Origin: Candidatus Methanomethylicia archaeon
GTDB lineage: Archaea; Thermoproteota; Methanomethylicia; Culexarchaeales; Culexarchaeaceae
Direction: 5' to 3'
DNA: 64,000 nucleotides
NCBI GenBank assembly: GCA_038727515.1
Contig: JAVYVS010000005.1
Coordinates: 32,001 to 96,000, forward strand
Positions 10,818 to 21,248 of this stretch are shown piece by piece (positions within the stretch are counted from its first letter, which is position 1; each line of letters begins with the position of its first letter). A program made the position numbers and the translations under genes. The notes below the pieces were generated by a model. It was given only the letters and a program-made list of their open reading frames with translations. It made no database searches and had not been told where the DNA came from.

Positions 10818-11177
10818 TTGTGTGAATTCAAGATGGCGATGGATTGGGAAACTTTAAGGAAGTACTTTCCAAATTTAGCTAAGGAAATTGAAGAAAATAC
10901 ATGTAAAATTTCATTAACTTATCGCAATACTCCACTTAGAGATTCTGAAGATCATCGTAAACCAAAGTTTAGAGGTTATGAACCAAATGTTATAGATTTC
11001 ATTAGAAGATGCGATTCCGTGTCTCAAGCACTTGAGATAGTAGATTTCTTGGAAAAGCGTAATGAACTGTCTCATGAAGAAGCTGAAAATATAAGGATTT
11101 TATTGAAAGAAAGAGGTGTTCGATTTTTTGGATCTAAAAAAGATCCTGGATGGTACTTTAAAGAAGACAATCGTTAA
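10818..11177 (+). CDS. DUF2095-family protein
   Basis: FPNLAKEIE, GY.P.VIDFIRRC, G.R.FGSKK.PGWY. Confidence 0.8.
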   Translation: MCEFKMAMDWETLRKYFPNLAKEIEENTCKISLTYRNTPLRDSEDHRKPKFRGYEPNVIDFIRRCDSVSQALEIVDFLEKRNELSHEEAENIRILLKERGVRFFGSKKDPGWYFKEDNR

Positions 11178-11200
11178 ATTATTGTTGAAAATTAGAATAA

Positions 11201-12418
11201 CTATTTTCTAGCTTTTGTTGCAACTATTTTGATTATATCATTCATTTTTAATTTAGCATTTTCTCCAATTCTCTGCTTAGTTCTAACATCTATTGCATAT
11301 AGAAAGGTGTCTCCCAACTCTTGGTGTATGATATATGCCAATTCTCTTGCTGTTGTTCCATTTTTAATTAATAAGGCGTCTGGAAGTATATTACCATAAT
11401 GATCCGATAATTTATTAATATCTTCTACAGGGTATACAACCATCATTTTCAGTATTTTAAATACCGCTGTATTAAGTATTTCTTGAACTCCAGTTCCACC
11501 CCATTTATTCAATACCCTTTCCTCTATTATTTTAAGTGCTTTTCTTTGATTTTGTGTTATTCTACTTTCATCAATAATTTCAAAATTTTCATCTCCAGGT
11601 GAATATTTTATAAGTCCTTTTTCAGCCGCTCTTCTAAGTACAAGTTCTGCTTCTGCACTACATGGAATTATTATTTCATTTGGATATTTCTCTTTAAGTT
11701 TTTTAATACCATCTTCAGCTGTGGGTAAATCTATCTTGTTTGCTGCAATTAATATTGGTTTGTTTATTTTTCTGAGTTCATAACAAAAGTTTATTAAATC
11801 TTCTTCATTCCATGAATTTAATTTCTTTCCTTCCAATCCTGTGTTTTCTAATGCTTTATTTACATGCTCCTTAGTTACTTGAAGACCACTTAATCTTTCT
11901 AATAATATTTCATCTACCTCTTTTTCTCTTATTTTAATCATTCTTTGCCAATCATTCATTATTATCTGTCTAATCCACATCACTATTTCTCTTTCTAAGA
12001 ATTCTACATCTTTACATGGATTGTATGTTCCTGGAGGAACTATTCTTCCTTCCTCATCTGTGGATCCAGAAGCATCTACAATATGAATTAATACTGATGC
12101 CCTTCTTAATTCATCTAAAAATTTGTTTCCTAAACCTCTACCTTTCCATGCATCTGGTACTAATCCGGCCACATCCATTAATTGAAATGGTATATATCTT
12201 ATTCCATTTATGCATATAGAATTTTTTGGGTTATCTTTTACATTGAATTCCCTGCATACGCATGGTATCTTTACATACGCTGTCCCTATATTTGGTTCTA
12301 TTGTTGTAAATGGATATGGTGCTATTTTCACAGGAATTAATGTTGCAGCTGAAAAAAATGTAGATTTTCCAGCATTTGGTTTTCCAACTATTCCACAAAG
12401 AATAATTATTCCTCCCAT
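11201..12418 (-). CDS. ychF: Obg-family ATPase YchF (start either ATG 12418 or ATT 12403)
   Basis: GKPNAGKSTFF, YPFTTIEPN, DVAGLV, ANKID, C-terminal TGS domain. Confidence 0.95.
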   Translation of the reverse strand: MGGIIILCGIVGKPNAGKSTFFSAATLIPVKIAPYPFTTIEPNIGTAYVKIPCVCREFNVKDNPKNSICINGIRYIPFQLMDVAGLVPDAWKGRGLGNKFLDELRRASVLIHIVDASGSTDEEGRIVPPGTYNPCKDVEFLEREIVMWIRQIIMNDWQRMIKIREKEVDEILLERLSGLQVTKEHVNKALENTGLEGKKLNSWNEEDLINFCYELRKINKPILIAANKIDLPTAEDGIKKLKEKYPNEIIIPCSAEAELVLRRAAEKGLIKYSPGDENFEIIDESRITQNQRKALKIIEERVLNKWGGTGVQEILNTAVFKILKMMVVYPVEDINKLSDHYGNILPDALLIKNGTTARELAYIIHQELGDTFLYAIDVRTKQRIGENAKLKMNDIIKIVATKARK

Positions 12419-12494
12419 ATCTTTAATGACGTCTTTTATTTTGCACTATCCTTTTATTCTTTTTCTATTTATAAATTTGTTTAGAGTGATTCTT

Positions 12495-13832
12495 TTGAGG
12501 AGAGTAGTTATCGTTGGATTTGGTACAGCTGGTCTTAGAGCGGCTTTATCTGCTAAAGCTCAAAATCCGGGGTCAAATGTTATTGTTGTATCTGAAGAAC
12601 AATATTTAACGTATTCTCGTTGTGGGCTGCCCTTCGTTATTGGTGGTGATATAAAAAGTTTTGAAAATTTAATTGTGGTTTCTAATGCTATACTTCAAAA
12701 ATCTGGCATAGATTTAATTTTGGGTTTTAGAGCTATTGACGTTATTGGTAATACCCTATATATTGACAGTATTGATGGAAAGGAAAGTCGGCAAATAAAT
12801 TTTGATTCATTGGTAATTGCTACAGGTTCAAAACCATTTATTCCACCTATTAAAAATGTTAATATTAACAATGTCTTTACATTGAGGAGTATTGATGATG
12901 GTATAAAAATAATGAAATCTCTTAACAATATTAGGCACTTTGCTATAGTTGGGGCTGGTGCTATTGGATTAGAATGTGCTGAAGCATTTTCTAAGAGGGG
13001 GTTGACTGTTAGTGTAATAGAGCTTATGCCAAAGGTTTTACCTAATATTTTGGATCATGATATGGCTTTGCTAATACAGGAAGATATGGTAAATCATAAC
13101 GTTAATTTAAAATTAGGTAAAAGAGTTGAAGAGATACTTGGTTCTAATAGTGTTAAGGGTTTAGTAGTTAATGGTGAAATTATTGATTGCGATGCTGTAT
13201 TAATTGCCACTGGTGTTAAAGCAGATGTAGTTTTTGCTAAAAATATTGGTGTAGAACTGGGGTCAGTAGCTATTAAAACTGATGACTTCATGGAGACTTC
13301 AAAAACTGGAGTTTATGCTGCTGGAGATTGCGTTGAAACTAAAAATTTAATAACATCAAAACCCTTTACCCCATATTTAGGTACCGTTGCCTATAGACAG
13401 GGAAATGTTGCTGGTGCTAATGCTGCTGGGGGGTCTATGGTCTTTCCTGGTTCTCTTGGGTCTATTGTTTTAAGGATTTTTGATTATGAAATTGGATTTA
13501 CTGGTTTAACTAATGAACAAGCTGAAAAAGAGGGATTGAATACTATTGTGAGCAAAGTTAAATGGTATACTAAAGCCGAATACTTTCCTCATCATGGAGA
13601 CATAACTGTTAAATTAATTTTTGATGCTAATAGTAGGAAATTATTGGGATGCCAGATCGTTGGAACAAGTGATGTAGCTCAGAGAATTAATTTAGCATCA
13701 ATGGCTATTTCTATGGGGGCTAAAGTTGATGATCTCATTAAATTAGATACTTGTTATAGTCCTCCGGTTGCTGATGTAATTGAACCAATAGTTAAAGCTT
13801 CAGAAATAGCTTTAAAAAGATTTAAGAAGTGA
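12495..13832 (+). CDS. FAD-dependent NADH oxidase / CoA-disulfide reductase family
   Basis: GFGTAG, YSRCGLPF (redox Cys), ATGS, GAGAIG, YAAGD, YSPP; real start is near 12486-12495, not 12210. Confidence 0.88.
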   Translation: MRRVVIVGFGTAGLRAALSAKAQNPGSNVIVVSEEQYLTYSRCGLPFVIGGDIKSFENLIVVSNAILQKSGIDLILGFRAIDVIGNTLYIDSIDGKESRQINFDSLVIATGSKPFIPPIKNVNINNVFTLRSIDDGIKIMKSLNNIRHFAIVGAGAIGLECAEAFSKRGLTVSVIELMPKVLPNILDHDMALLIQEDMVNHNVNLKLGKRVEEILGSNSVKGLVVNGEIIDCDAVLIATGVKADVVFAKNIGVELGSVAIKTDDFMETSKTGVYAAGDCVETKNLITSKPFTPYLGTVAYRQGNVAGANAAGGSMVFPGSLGSIVLRIFDYEIGFTGLTNEQAEKEGLNTIVSKVKWYTKAEYFPHHGDITVKLIFDANSRKLLGCQIVGTSDVAQRINLASMAISMGAKVDDLIKLDTCYSPPVADVIEPIVKASEIALKRFKK

Positions 13833-13857
13833 ATATTTCTGGAGGTAAGAGGTAAAT

Positions 13858-14793
13858 ATGTTAAAGATATTAGTTGCCGATGAAATTTCAAATGAAGGTA
13901 TTGAAATTCTACGAAAAGCAGGTTTTATTGTAGATTTGAATTTTGATATTTCCTATGATGATTTAAAGAGGATCATTGGAAATTATGATGGTTTAATAGT
14001 TCGTAGCAGAACTAAAGTTGATCGTAGTATTATTGAAGCTGGAGTTAATTTACGTTTCATAGGTCGAGCAGGCGTGGGTTTAGATAATATTGATGTAAAA
14101 GCTGCTGAAGAAAGAAACATAATTGTTTTTAACACACCTGAAGCGCCTTCAACATCAGTATCTGAACTCTTTTTTGGACTACTTTTATCTTTGGTTAGGA
14201 AAATTTCAATTTGTGATAAACTTATGAAAATGGGGGAATGGCCAAAAAGACATGCTATGGGTTTTGAGTTAAGGGGTAAAACCCTTGGAATAATTGGACT
14301 AGGTAGAATTGGTAGAGAAATTGCTAAGAGGGCTAAAGCTTTTGAAATTCATGTAATCTATTATGATATAGTTCGCCCTGATACTTCCGTTGAAAGAGAG
14401 TTAGGTGTTCAATATATGGATTTCGATAATTTATTAAGGAATTCAGATATAGTTACGATACATTTACCTCTAACACCTCAAACTTATCATTTGATAAATG
14501 AAGATAAACTTAAAATTATGAAGAAAGGCGCTATACTTGTCAATACTTCTAGGGGTGCGATTATAGATGGTAAAGCATTACTCAATTATTTGAAAAATGG
14601 TCATTTATATGGCGCATGTTTAGATGTGTTTGAAAATGAACCTCCAAAGGAGCCTTGGGAGAAGGAGTTAATATCCCTTGAAAATGTTGTTGCTACTCCT
14701 CATATAGGTTCTATGACTATTGAAGCTCAAGATAGGGCTGCAGTTATCTTGGCAAATAAGATCATTGAATTTTTTAGGGGAAAAGGTTTATAA
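13858..14793 (+). CDS. D-2-hydroxyacid dehydrogenase (SerA-like, short form)
   Basis: RAGVGLDNID, GLGRIG, NTSRG, LDVF..EP, TPHIG. Confidence 0.9.
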   Translation: MLKILVADEISNEGIEILRKAGFIVDLNFDISYDDLKRIIGNYDGLIVRSRTKVDRSIIEAGVNLRFIGRAGVGLDNIDVKAAEERNIIVFNTPEAPSTSVSELFFGLLLSLVRKISICDKLMKMGEWPKRHAMGFELRGKTLGIIGLGRIGREIAKRAKAFEIHVIYYDIVRPDTSVERELGVQYMDFDNLLRNSDIVTIHLPLTPQTYHLINEDKLKIMKKGAILVNTSRGAIIDGKALLNYLKNGHLYGACLDVFENEPPKEPWEKELISLENVVATPHIGSMTIEAQDRAAVILANKIIEFFRGKGL

Positions 14794-14850
14794 AGAATGT
14801 TTTACTCCTATATCGGTAGTACGTCTAAAGTGTAGTGAGAGTTGATAGAG

Positions 14851-15414
14851 ATGTATAAGCATATATCTCTGTTGTGGAAGGATATTAGAAAGGGGAAATT
14901 TCCTGAATTAGTTAGAGCAAGACTTATAAAGTGGCGTAGAGAACCAACGGTCGTTAGGATCGATAAACCTACTAGACTTGATAGAGCTAGATCGCTTGGA
15001 TATAAGGATAAACAAGGGTTTGTTGTTGTTAGAGTTAGGGTTAGACGCGGGCCTATGAATAAAATTAGACCTGATAGTGGTAGACGACCAAAGAGAATGG
15101 GAGTTTATGGGCATTCTGTTCGTAAAAGCCTACAATGGATAGCTGAAGAAAAAGCTGCTAGAAAATATCCAAATCTTGAGGTTCTTTCAAGTTATTGGGT
15201 TGGTGAAGATGGTAGATATAAATGGTTTGAAGTCATTCTTGTTGATCCAAATCATCCAAGTATAATCAATGATAATAATATTAATTGGATTTGTAATCCA
15301 AGTCAACGTGGAAGAGTTTTTAGAGGGTTAACTCCTGCGGGTAGAAAGTCTAGAGGATTAAGATTAAAAGGTTCTAGAGCTGTTAAGAATAGGCCGAGCA
15401 GATCTTCTGCATGA
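14851..15414 (+). CDS. rpl15e: 50S ribosomal protein L15e
   Basis: [39 protein letters not shown]. Confidence 0.97.
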   Translation: MYKHISLLWKDIRKGKFPELVRARLIKWRREPTVVRIDKPTRLDRARSLGYKDKQGFVVVRVRVRRGPMNKIRPDSGRRPKRMGVYGHSVRKSLQWIAEEKAARKYPNLEVLSSYWVGEDGRYKWFEVILVDPNHPSIINDNNINWICNPSQRGRVFRGLTPAGRKSRGLRLKGSRAVKNRPSRSSA

Positions 15415-15480
15415 AATTTTTATATTTATCAATTTCTTTTATTTAACTGTTTATCAAATTAGATAATTTGGTTTTCTGGT

Positions 15481-15939
15481 ATGTCACTCAAAGATTTTCC
15501 TATAGCTGAAATTTTAATAAATGCTTTTTGTCATGCTACTGAAGATTTGGAAAAAGTGCGAAAAGCTATGTTAAACTTTATACCTGAGTTATATAGGTCA
15601 AGAATAGCTATTTCTGAAGATGTTCTAGAAGGGTATTATGGTAATAGGATATTAAATCTAAAAATTCATATATCTGATGTTGAGATAGTTAAAAATATTA
15701 TTGATTTTATTTGCAGAAATATTCATGAAGCTGATAAAAAGCTGATTTCAAGATCTTTTTTATCTAGATTAGATAGTTCTGGAAACCTATATTTAAGATT
15801 TGATAAAGGTGCAGCATATAATGGTCTCTTACGTTTACATGATGGTAGTGATGTAGTTAGAGTTGTTATAAAGTTTAAAGTTGCTAAAAAGCTTATAAAA
15901 GATTTTTGTGTTGATATTGGATTGATTATGGGTGTGTAG
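15481..15939 (+). CDS. Predicted RNA-binding protein (DUF54 / exosome-superoperon type)
   Basis: HATED..KV, EG.YGN.I, LYLRFDK; synteny. Confidence 0.82.
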   Translation: MSLKDFPIAEILINAFCHATEDLEKVRKAMLNFIPELYRSRIAISEDVLEGYYGNRILNLKIHISDVEIVKNIIDFICRNIHEADKKLISRSFLSRLDSSGNLYLRFDKGAAYNGLLRLHDGSDVVRVVIKFKVAKKLIKDFCVDIGLIMGV

Positions 15940-15941
15940 TT

Positions 15942-16700
15942 ATGGGTAGGAAATTTGTGGATCTACATGTTTTTTCAAATCTTTCTATAGGTTCATCACC
16001 TATTTCTGAAATAGTTAAGATGGCTTCTGATATGGGCTTTAAGTATATTGGCATAGCAGATTTTAACAAGAATAACATTAATGAAATTAAAGATGTTAAG
16101 AAATTATTTAATGATTATGGTTTAGACATGGTTAGTCGAATTGATTTATCTCCAAATAATGTTGAAGAACTAAAGAGGGATCTAAGGTTTTTAAGGAACA
16201 AAATTGAAATAATAGCGGTTTTTTGTAGTAATCTATCTGTTGCGAGATTTGCTGCTAGAGATAGTCGTGTTGATATACTCATGTTTTCCTATACTGATTG
16301 GAAAAACAACTTTTTTGATGTTTCTGAAGCTAAACTTGCAGTTGAGAATGAAGCTGCATATGAAATAAATATTGCAAATTTAATTAGATGCTCAAGTTTT
16401 AATGAAAGAATAAAAATGATGAGGATTATATCTGAGAATGTTAGAATTGCCTTAAAGTACAATGTGCCTATAATTATTTCATCTGGCGCTAAGAATGTTT
16501 TTGAACTGAGAGAGCCTAGAGCTATGGCTTCTATAGCTACACTTTTAGGTATTTCTGAATTTGATGCATTAAGATGTTTATCTGATGTTCCATTAAATTT
16601 GATCATCAGTAATAGAGATAAATTGTGTGGTAAATTGTTGTATAAAGGGGTTAAGTTATTAGGTAAAGTTGGTGATCAAAGTGAAGTTAAGGAGGAATAG
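15942..16700 (+). CDS. rnp3: RNase P protein component 3 (Rpp30)
   Basis: PHP-like fold; D.RVDIL, ISSGA...ELREPR; synteny. Confidence 0.9.
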   Translation: MGRKFVDLHVFSNLSIGSSPISEIVKMASDMGFKYIGIADFNKNNINEIKDVKKLFNDYGLDMVSRIDLSPNNVEELKRDLRFLRNKIEIIAVFCSNLSVARFAARDSRVDILMFSYTDWKNNFFDVSEAKLAVENEAAYEINIANLIRCSSFNERIKMMRIISENVRIALKYNVPIIISSGAKNVFELREPRAMASIATLLGISEFDALRCLSDVPLNLIISNRDKLCGKLLYKGVKLLGKVGDQSEVKEE

Positions 16701-17016
16701 ATATATTATTTTTACGGTTTTTTGTAGAGATAATGTTAATATTAGTTTTCGTGAAATTTTAAATTCAATTTTTAACTCAATATTGTCACTATTTGGGGAA
16801 GTTGGTGCAAGTAAAATTAGCTTTAGTTTGATGAGATATTACCCTGAAAAAAGGCTTGGGATTTTACGTTGTGATCATTTAAATTTAATTAAGATGAGGA
16901 GTGCATTAGCTTTTATCAAAGATATTGAGGGGAATAATGTAACCTTTAGGGTTATTAAAGTTACTGGTACCTTCAGGAAAGCTGAGAAAATCCTTAATAG
17001 TTTGTCTATTACTTAA
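16681..17016 (+). CDS. rnp2: RNase P protein component 2 (Pop5)
   Basis: R.RYI.F, LFGE.G, GILRC, VTGT.RK. Confidence 0.9.
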   Translation: MKLRRNRYIIFTVFCRDNVNISFREILNSIFNSILSLFGEVGASKISFSLMRYYPEKRLGILRCDHLNLIKMRSALAFIKDIEGNNVTFRVIKVTGTFRKAEKILNSLSIT

Positions 17017-17021
17017 ATTTA

Positions 17022-17088
17022 TGGGGGATGAAGAAGCCGTCCCAGATGTTTGATGAATGGATGACATTCTCGCGACGAACAGACCCCA
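17022..17088 (+). ncRNA. Candidate box C/D guide sRNA
   Basis: GC-rich intergenic island: TGGGG/CCCCA terminal stem, C-like ATGAAGA 17028-34, D'-like TTGA 17050-53, C'-like TGGATGA 17058-64, D-like CAGA 17080-83. Confidence 0.6.
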
Positions 17089-17157
17089 CTCTCATAGATA
17101 GAGTAAAGTTTATTGCTTAATTAAACATTAAACTAATAAAGTTAAGGTGATTAGAAA

Positions 17158-17871
17158 GTGTTTACACCACCTGGTATGGGTTATGATAGGGCTATAACCG
17201 TATTCTCTCCTGATGGTAGATTATTTCAAGTTGAATATGCAATGGAAGCTGTCAGAAGAGGATTTACTGCTCTTGGAATTAAATGTGTTGAAGGCGTGGT
17301 TCTAGCTGCTGAAAGGAGGAAAATCTTACCATTAATAGATTACTCATCTCTAGAAAAAATATTCAAGATAGATGAACATATTGGTATAACTTATGCAGGT
17401 TTTCCTTTCGATGCTAGAATATTAATAGATTATGCACGTCAGGAAGCACAAATAAATAGGATTCTATATGATGAACCTATTGATGTTGAAGTTTTAACGA
17501 AGAGGATTAGTGATGTTATGCAGATCTATACTCAACGTGGAGGTGTAAGGCCATTTGGTGTAGCGTTTTTAGTGGCTGGAGTAGATGATAATGGTCCAAG
17601 ACTTTTAATGACTGAACCAAGTGGCGCATATGCATCATATTTCGCTAGAGTTATTGGAGCTGGCAGTCAACAGGTTACTGAATTTCTTGAGAAGAATTAT
17701 AAATTTGAAATTTCTCTTAACGACGCTATAAGGATAGCTATTAATGCGTTAAAACCTGTGATTGAAGGACCTATGGAACCTGATAAATTAGAGCTTGGTG
17801 TTGTCTCAGTTAAAGATAGAATTTTCAGAAAATTATCTAGAAATGAGATAGCTTCGTTATTAGGCGTATAA
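17158..17871 (+). CDS. psmA: Proteasome subunit alpha
   Basis: GYDRAITVFSPDGRLFQVEYA signature. Confidence 0.98.
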   Translation: MFTPPGMGYDRAITVFSPDGRLFQVEYAMEAVRRGFTALGIKCVEGVVLAAERRKILPLIDYSSLEKIFKIDEHIGITYAGFPFDARILIDYARQEAQINRILYDEPIDVEVLTKRISDVMQIYTQRGGVRPFGVAFLVAGVDDNGPRLLMTEPSGAYASYFARVIGAGSQQVTEFLEKNYKFEISLNDAIRIAINALKPVIEGPMEPDKLELGVVSVKDRIFRKLSRNEIASLLGV

Positions 17872-17978
17872 AGCGTTCTTCATTTCATAAAGATAAAAAT
17901 ATAATATTATTTTGACATAAAATTAGTATAAGTGCAATATTTATGGGCGAGGGTCCTCCTATAAATAGGGTGTATTAA

Positions 17979-18674
17979 ATGGGTTCGAAGAAAGATTTCA
18001 TTATTGCAAGGTATCTATATAAAGGTGAAAAATTTGAAATTCTCGTGGATCCAAAATCTGCATGGATGTTTAAACAAGGTGAACCTATCAGTCTAGACTC
18101 TGTTTTAGTGGGCGATATCATATATAAGGATGCAAACAAGGGACTGAAAGCTTCTGAAGAAGTTTTAAAGAAAGTTTTTGGAACTACAGATATTAGTAAA
18201 ATTGCTCCGATTATTTTGAAGAAAGGTGAATTGCAATTAACTGCTGAACAGAGGAAAGAAATGATAGAGAATAAGAAGAAACAAATTGTAAACTTTATAT
18301 CTAAGTGTTGTGTAGATCCTCGTACAAATCTTCCTCATCCCCCTAAACGTATAGAATTAGCTTTAGAGGAATTGGGCGCATCAATAGATCCATTTAAAGA
18401 TGCTGAAGAACAGGCAGTAAACATTATAAAAAGTTTAAAAAGCATTTTGCCATTGAAGGTTGCTAATGTCACCTTAATGGTTAAAGTAGGACCTGAATAT
18501 GCTGGTAAAGTATATGGGGTAATTTCAAGTTTTGGGGTTATAAAACGTTCTGAATGGTTGAATGATGGTTCTCTATTATGTGAATTGGAAATGCCAGCTG
18601 GGCTTCAATTATCTTTTATGGATAAAATTAATAAGCTATGTAAGGGGAACGTTGAAGTAAATATTCTACATTAA
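17979..18674 (+). CDS. Ribosome assembly factor SBDS/Sdo1
   Basis: [26 protein letters not shown]. Confidence 0.96.
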   Translation: MGSKKDFIIARYLYKGEKFEILVDPKSAWMFKQGEPISLDSVLVGDIIYKDANKGLKASEEVLKKVFGTTDISKIAPIILKKGELQLTAEQRKEMIENKKKQIVNFISKCCVDPRTNLPHPPKRIELALEELGASIDPFKDAEEQAVNIIKSLKSILPLKVANVTLMVKVGPEYAGKVYGVISSFGVIKRSEWLNDGSLLCELEMPAGLQLSFMDKINKLCKGNVEVNILH

Positions 18675-18689
18675 TGGAGGGAAGTAAGT

Positions 18690-19382
18690 ATGTCTGTTAA
18701 AACTCGAAAATTTGTTTTTCCTGGGGATGTAATTGCTGAAGGCAATTTAAAAGCTGGTGCTCATACTTATTATGAAGAGGGTAAAATTTTCTCTTCAGTA
18801 TTTGGTTTATGTGAAATTAGAAATAAAGTGGTAAATGTAATTCCATTACATGGATTCTATGTTCCCAGAGTTGGAGATGTTGTTATTGGGATAATTGTAG
18901 ACAATTCACCTACAAGTTGGCAAGTTGATATAAATTCACCTTACATGGCTATATTACAAGTTTCTGATGCATTATCAAAACCAGTGGATGTAGCTAGGGA
19001 GGATATTAGGAAATACCTTAAGATTGGGGATATCTTAATGGCTGAAGTTATTGCCTTTGATAAACTTAGAAATCCATTAATTTCTATTAAGGGGAATGAG
19101 TTAGGTAAACTAGAACGTGGTTCCCTTATAACATTTTCACCAGTTAAAGTTCCGCGATTAATTGGTAGAAGAGGTTCTATGATAAATATGATTAAAAAGG
19201 AGCTTAATTGTAAAATCATGATAGGTAGAAATGGTAGAATTTGGGTTTCATCTGTAGATCCAAAAGTAGTAAACCTAGTGAAAAAAGTGATTTTCCTCGT
19301 TGAGGAGGAATCTCATTTACCTGGACTTACGGATAAAGTTAGATCATTAATATTGGAAGAGCGTGAAAAGATTGGTGAATAA
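18690..19382 (+). CDS. rrp4: Exosome RNA-binding subunit Rrp4
   Basis: Y.P..GD.VIG S1 domain; KVPRLIGR.GSM KH domain; G.NGRIW. Confidence 0.96.
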   Translation: MSVKTRKFVFPGDVIAEGNLKAGAHTYYEEGKIFSSVFGLCEIRNKVVNVIPLHGFYVPRVGDVVIGIIVDNSPTSWQVDINSPYMAILQVSDALSKPVDVAREDIRKYLKIGDILMAEVIAFDKLRNPLISIKGNELGKLERGSLITFSPVKVPRLIGRRGSMINMIKKELNCKIMIGRNGRIWVSSVDPKVVNLVKKVIFLVEEESHLPGLTDKVRSLILEEREKIGE

Positions 19383-19438
19383 CCATTTAACTTATATTTT
19401 TGGGATGTCAATTTTTTCTAGTCATTTTGTTTGGGGGG

Positions 19439-20185
19439 TTGTATACGACTGAAAGGAAGCTTATTAATGAGAATGGATTAAGACTGGATGGTAGGAGATG
19501 GAATGAACTTAGACCATTGAAAATCGAAGTTGGTATACTTTCAAATGTAGATGGTTCTGCACGTATAATTCAAGGTAGAACACATATTCTTGTTGGCGTA
19601 TATGGTCCAAGAGAAAGTTTTGCTAAACATATAAACTTGCCTGATAGAGCTATGATTAGATGTAGATATCGTATGGCACCTTTTTCTGTTGAAGAACGTA
19701 AATCTCCAGCTCCATCAAGACGTGAGATAGAGTTATCTAAAGTTATTAGGGAAGCTTTAGAACCTGCAATTATTGTTGATGAATTTCCAAGGACAACTAT
19801 AGATATCTTTATTGAAGTGTTAGAAGCTGATGGTGGTACTAGATGTGCAAGTATAACAGCTGCTTCCGTCGCTCTTGCTGATGCTGGGATTCCAATGAGA
19901 GATCTTGTTGCAGCGTGTGCTGTTGGTAAAGTTAATGGTCAAATGGTTATTGATTTATCTGATTTAGAAGATAAGTATGGAGAGGCTGATGTTCCTGTAG
20001 CGTGTATGCCAAACAAAAATATGATTACATTACTTCAAATGGATGGTGTATTAAGTGTTGATGAATTTACTAGTTTAATAAAGCTTGCTATGGAAAGCTG
20101 TAAACGTATAAATGAAGTTCAAAGAAACGCTTTAAAAAATGGGGTTTGGGAGGCTAAAGGAATTATATTGGAGGGATCGCTATGA
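19439..20185 (+). CDS. rrp41: Exosome subunit Rrp41 (start uncertain)
   Basis: [37 protein letters not shown]. Confidence 0.96.
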   Translation: MYTTERKLINENGLRLDGRRWNELRPLKIEVGILSNVDGSARIIQGRTHILVGVYGPRESFAKHINLPDRAMIRCRYRMAPFSVEERKSPAPSRREIELSKVIREALEPAIIVDEFPRTTIDIFIEVLEADGGTRCASITAASVALADAGIPMRDLVAACAVGKVNGQMVIDLSDLEDKYGEADVPVACMPNKNMITLLQMDGVLSVDEFTSLIKLAMESCKRINEVQRNALKNGVWEAKGIILEGSL

Positions 20186-21009
20186 CTACTCTATCAATTC
20201 CCATAAATAGGGATCTAGTATTAGCTTCACTTTCCAAAGGTGTTAGGACTGATAATCGAGGACTATTTGATTATAGACCTATAAAATTTGAGTTTAATGT
20301 TATAAGTAAAGCTAATGGTTCTGCAAGTGTTAGAATAGGTGATACATATGTTTTAGTAGGCGTCAAAGCTGAAATAGGAAAACCTTTTCCAGATACACCA
20401 AATGAAGGCGTTTTAATAGTTAACTCTGAATTTGTACCTTTAGCTTCACCTCAGTTTGAAGCAGGACCTCCAGATGAGAATTCAATAGAATTAGCCAGAG
20501 TTATAGATAGAGGTTTAAGACATGGTAATGCTATTGATCTAAAAGATTTATGTATTATTCCCAATGAGAAAGTCTGGATATTATGGGTGGATATATACAT
20601 TCTCGATCACGGTGGAGATCTTTTTGATGCCACATCTTTAGCTTCTCTTGCAGCATTAATGACTACACAGATACCGGTAACTGTGGTTGAGGGTACACAA
20701 GTATCTTTACATGAAGAAAAAAGACCTCTCAAAATAAATGATTACCCCATATCGGTAACTGTAAATAAGATTGGCCAATACTTATTTTTAGATCCAACTC
20801 TAGAGGAATTAAATTTTGTTGAAACGAGAATAACCATTTTTACAAATTCTAAAAAGGAAATATGTGCGATTCAAAAGGGGCTTCCAGGGGCTCTAAGTTT
20901 TGATGAAATTTCTAAAGCTGTAGAAATTGCAAAATCTAAGGGGGAAGAGTTAAGATTAACTTTATTAGACTCATTTAATAATTGGAAAAAGAGTATGGGA
21001 GGCATCTAA
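20182..21009 (+). CDS. rrp42: Exosome subunit Rrp42
   Basis: [26 protein letters not shown]. Confidence 0.96.
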   Translation: MTTLSIPINRDLVLASLSKGVRTDNRGLFDYRPIKFEFNVISKANGSASVRIGDTYVLVGVKAEIGKPFPDTPNEGVLIVNSEFVPLASPQFEAGPPDENSIELARVIDRGLRHGNAIDLKDLCIIPNEKVWILWVDIYILDHGGDLFDATSLASLAALMTTQIPVTVVEGTQVSLHEEKRPLKINDYPISVTVNKIGQYLFLDPTLEELNFVETRITIFTNSKKEICAIQKGLPGALSFDEISKAVEIAKSKGEELRLTLLDSFNNWKKSMGGI

Positions 21010-21010
21010 A

Positions 21011-21244
21011 TTGAGCCCAAAAAGTAAAGTTGGCCCAACTGGAAGATTTGGTGCACGTTATGGTTCTACCATTAGAGCTAGAGTTAGAAACATTGAAGTA
21101 TTAATGCATAGTAAACATAAATGTCCTAAATGTTATTCTGCTGGAAAGCTTAAAAGATTAAGTGTTGGAATATGGACCTGCAAAAAATGTGGTTATACCT
21201 TTGCTGGAGGCGCTTATTTACCTTCTTCCATTATGTTGAAATGA
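21011..21244 (+). CDS. rpl37ae: 50S ribosomal protein L37Ae
   Basis: GRFGARYG, CPKC, GIW.C.KC...FAGGAY. Confidence 0.97.
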   Translation: MSPKSKVGPTGRFGARYGSTIRARVRNIEVLMHSKHKCPKCYSAGKLKRLSVGIWTCKKCGYTFAGGAYLPSSIMLK

Positions 21245-21248
21245 AAAT

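Noticed and set aside
12210-12485. N-terminal 92-aa extension of the NADH oxidase ORF
   Set aside because: Overlaps ychF antisense; the Rossmann motif begins near 12495
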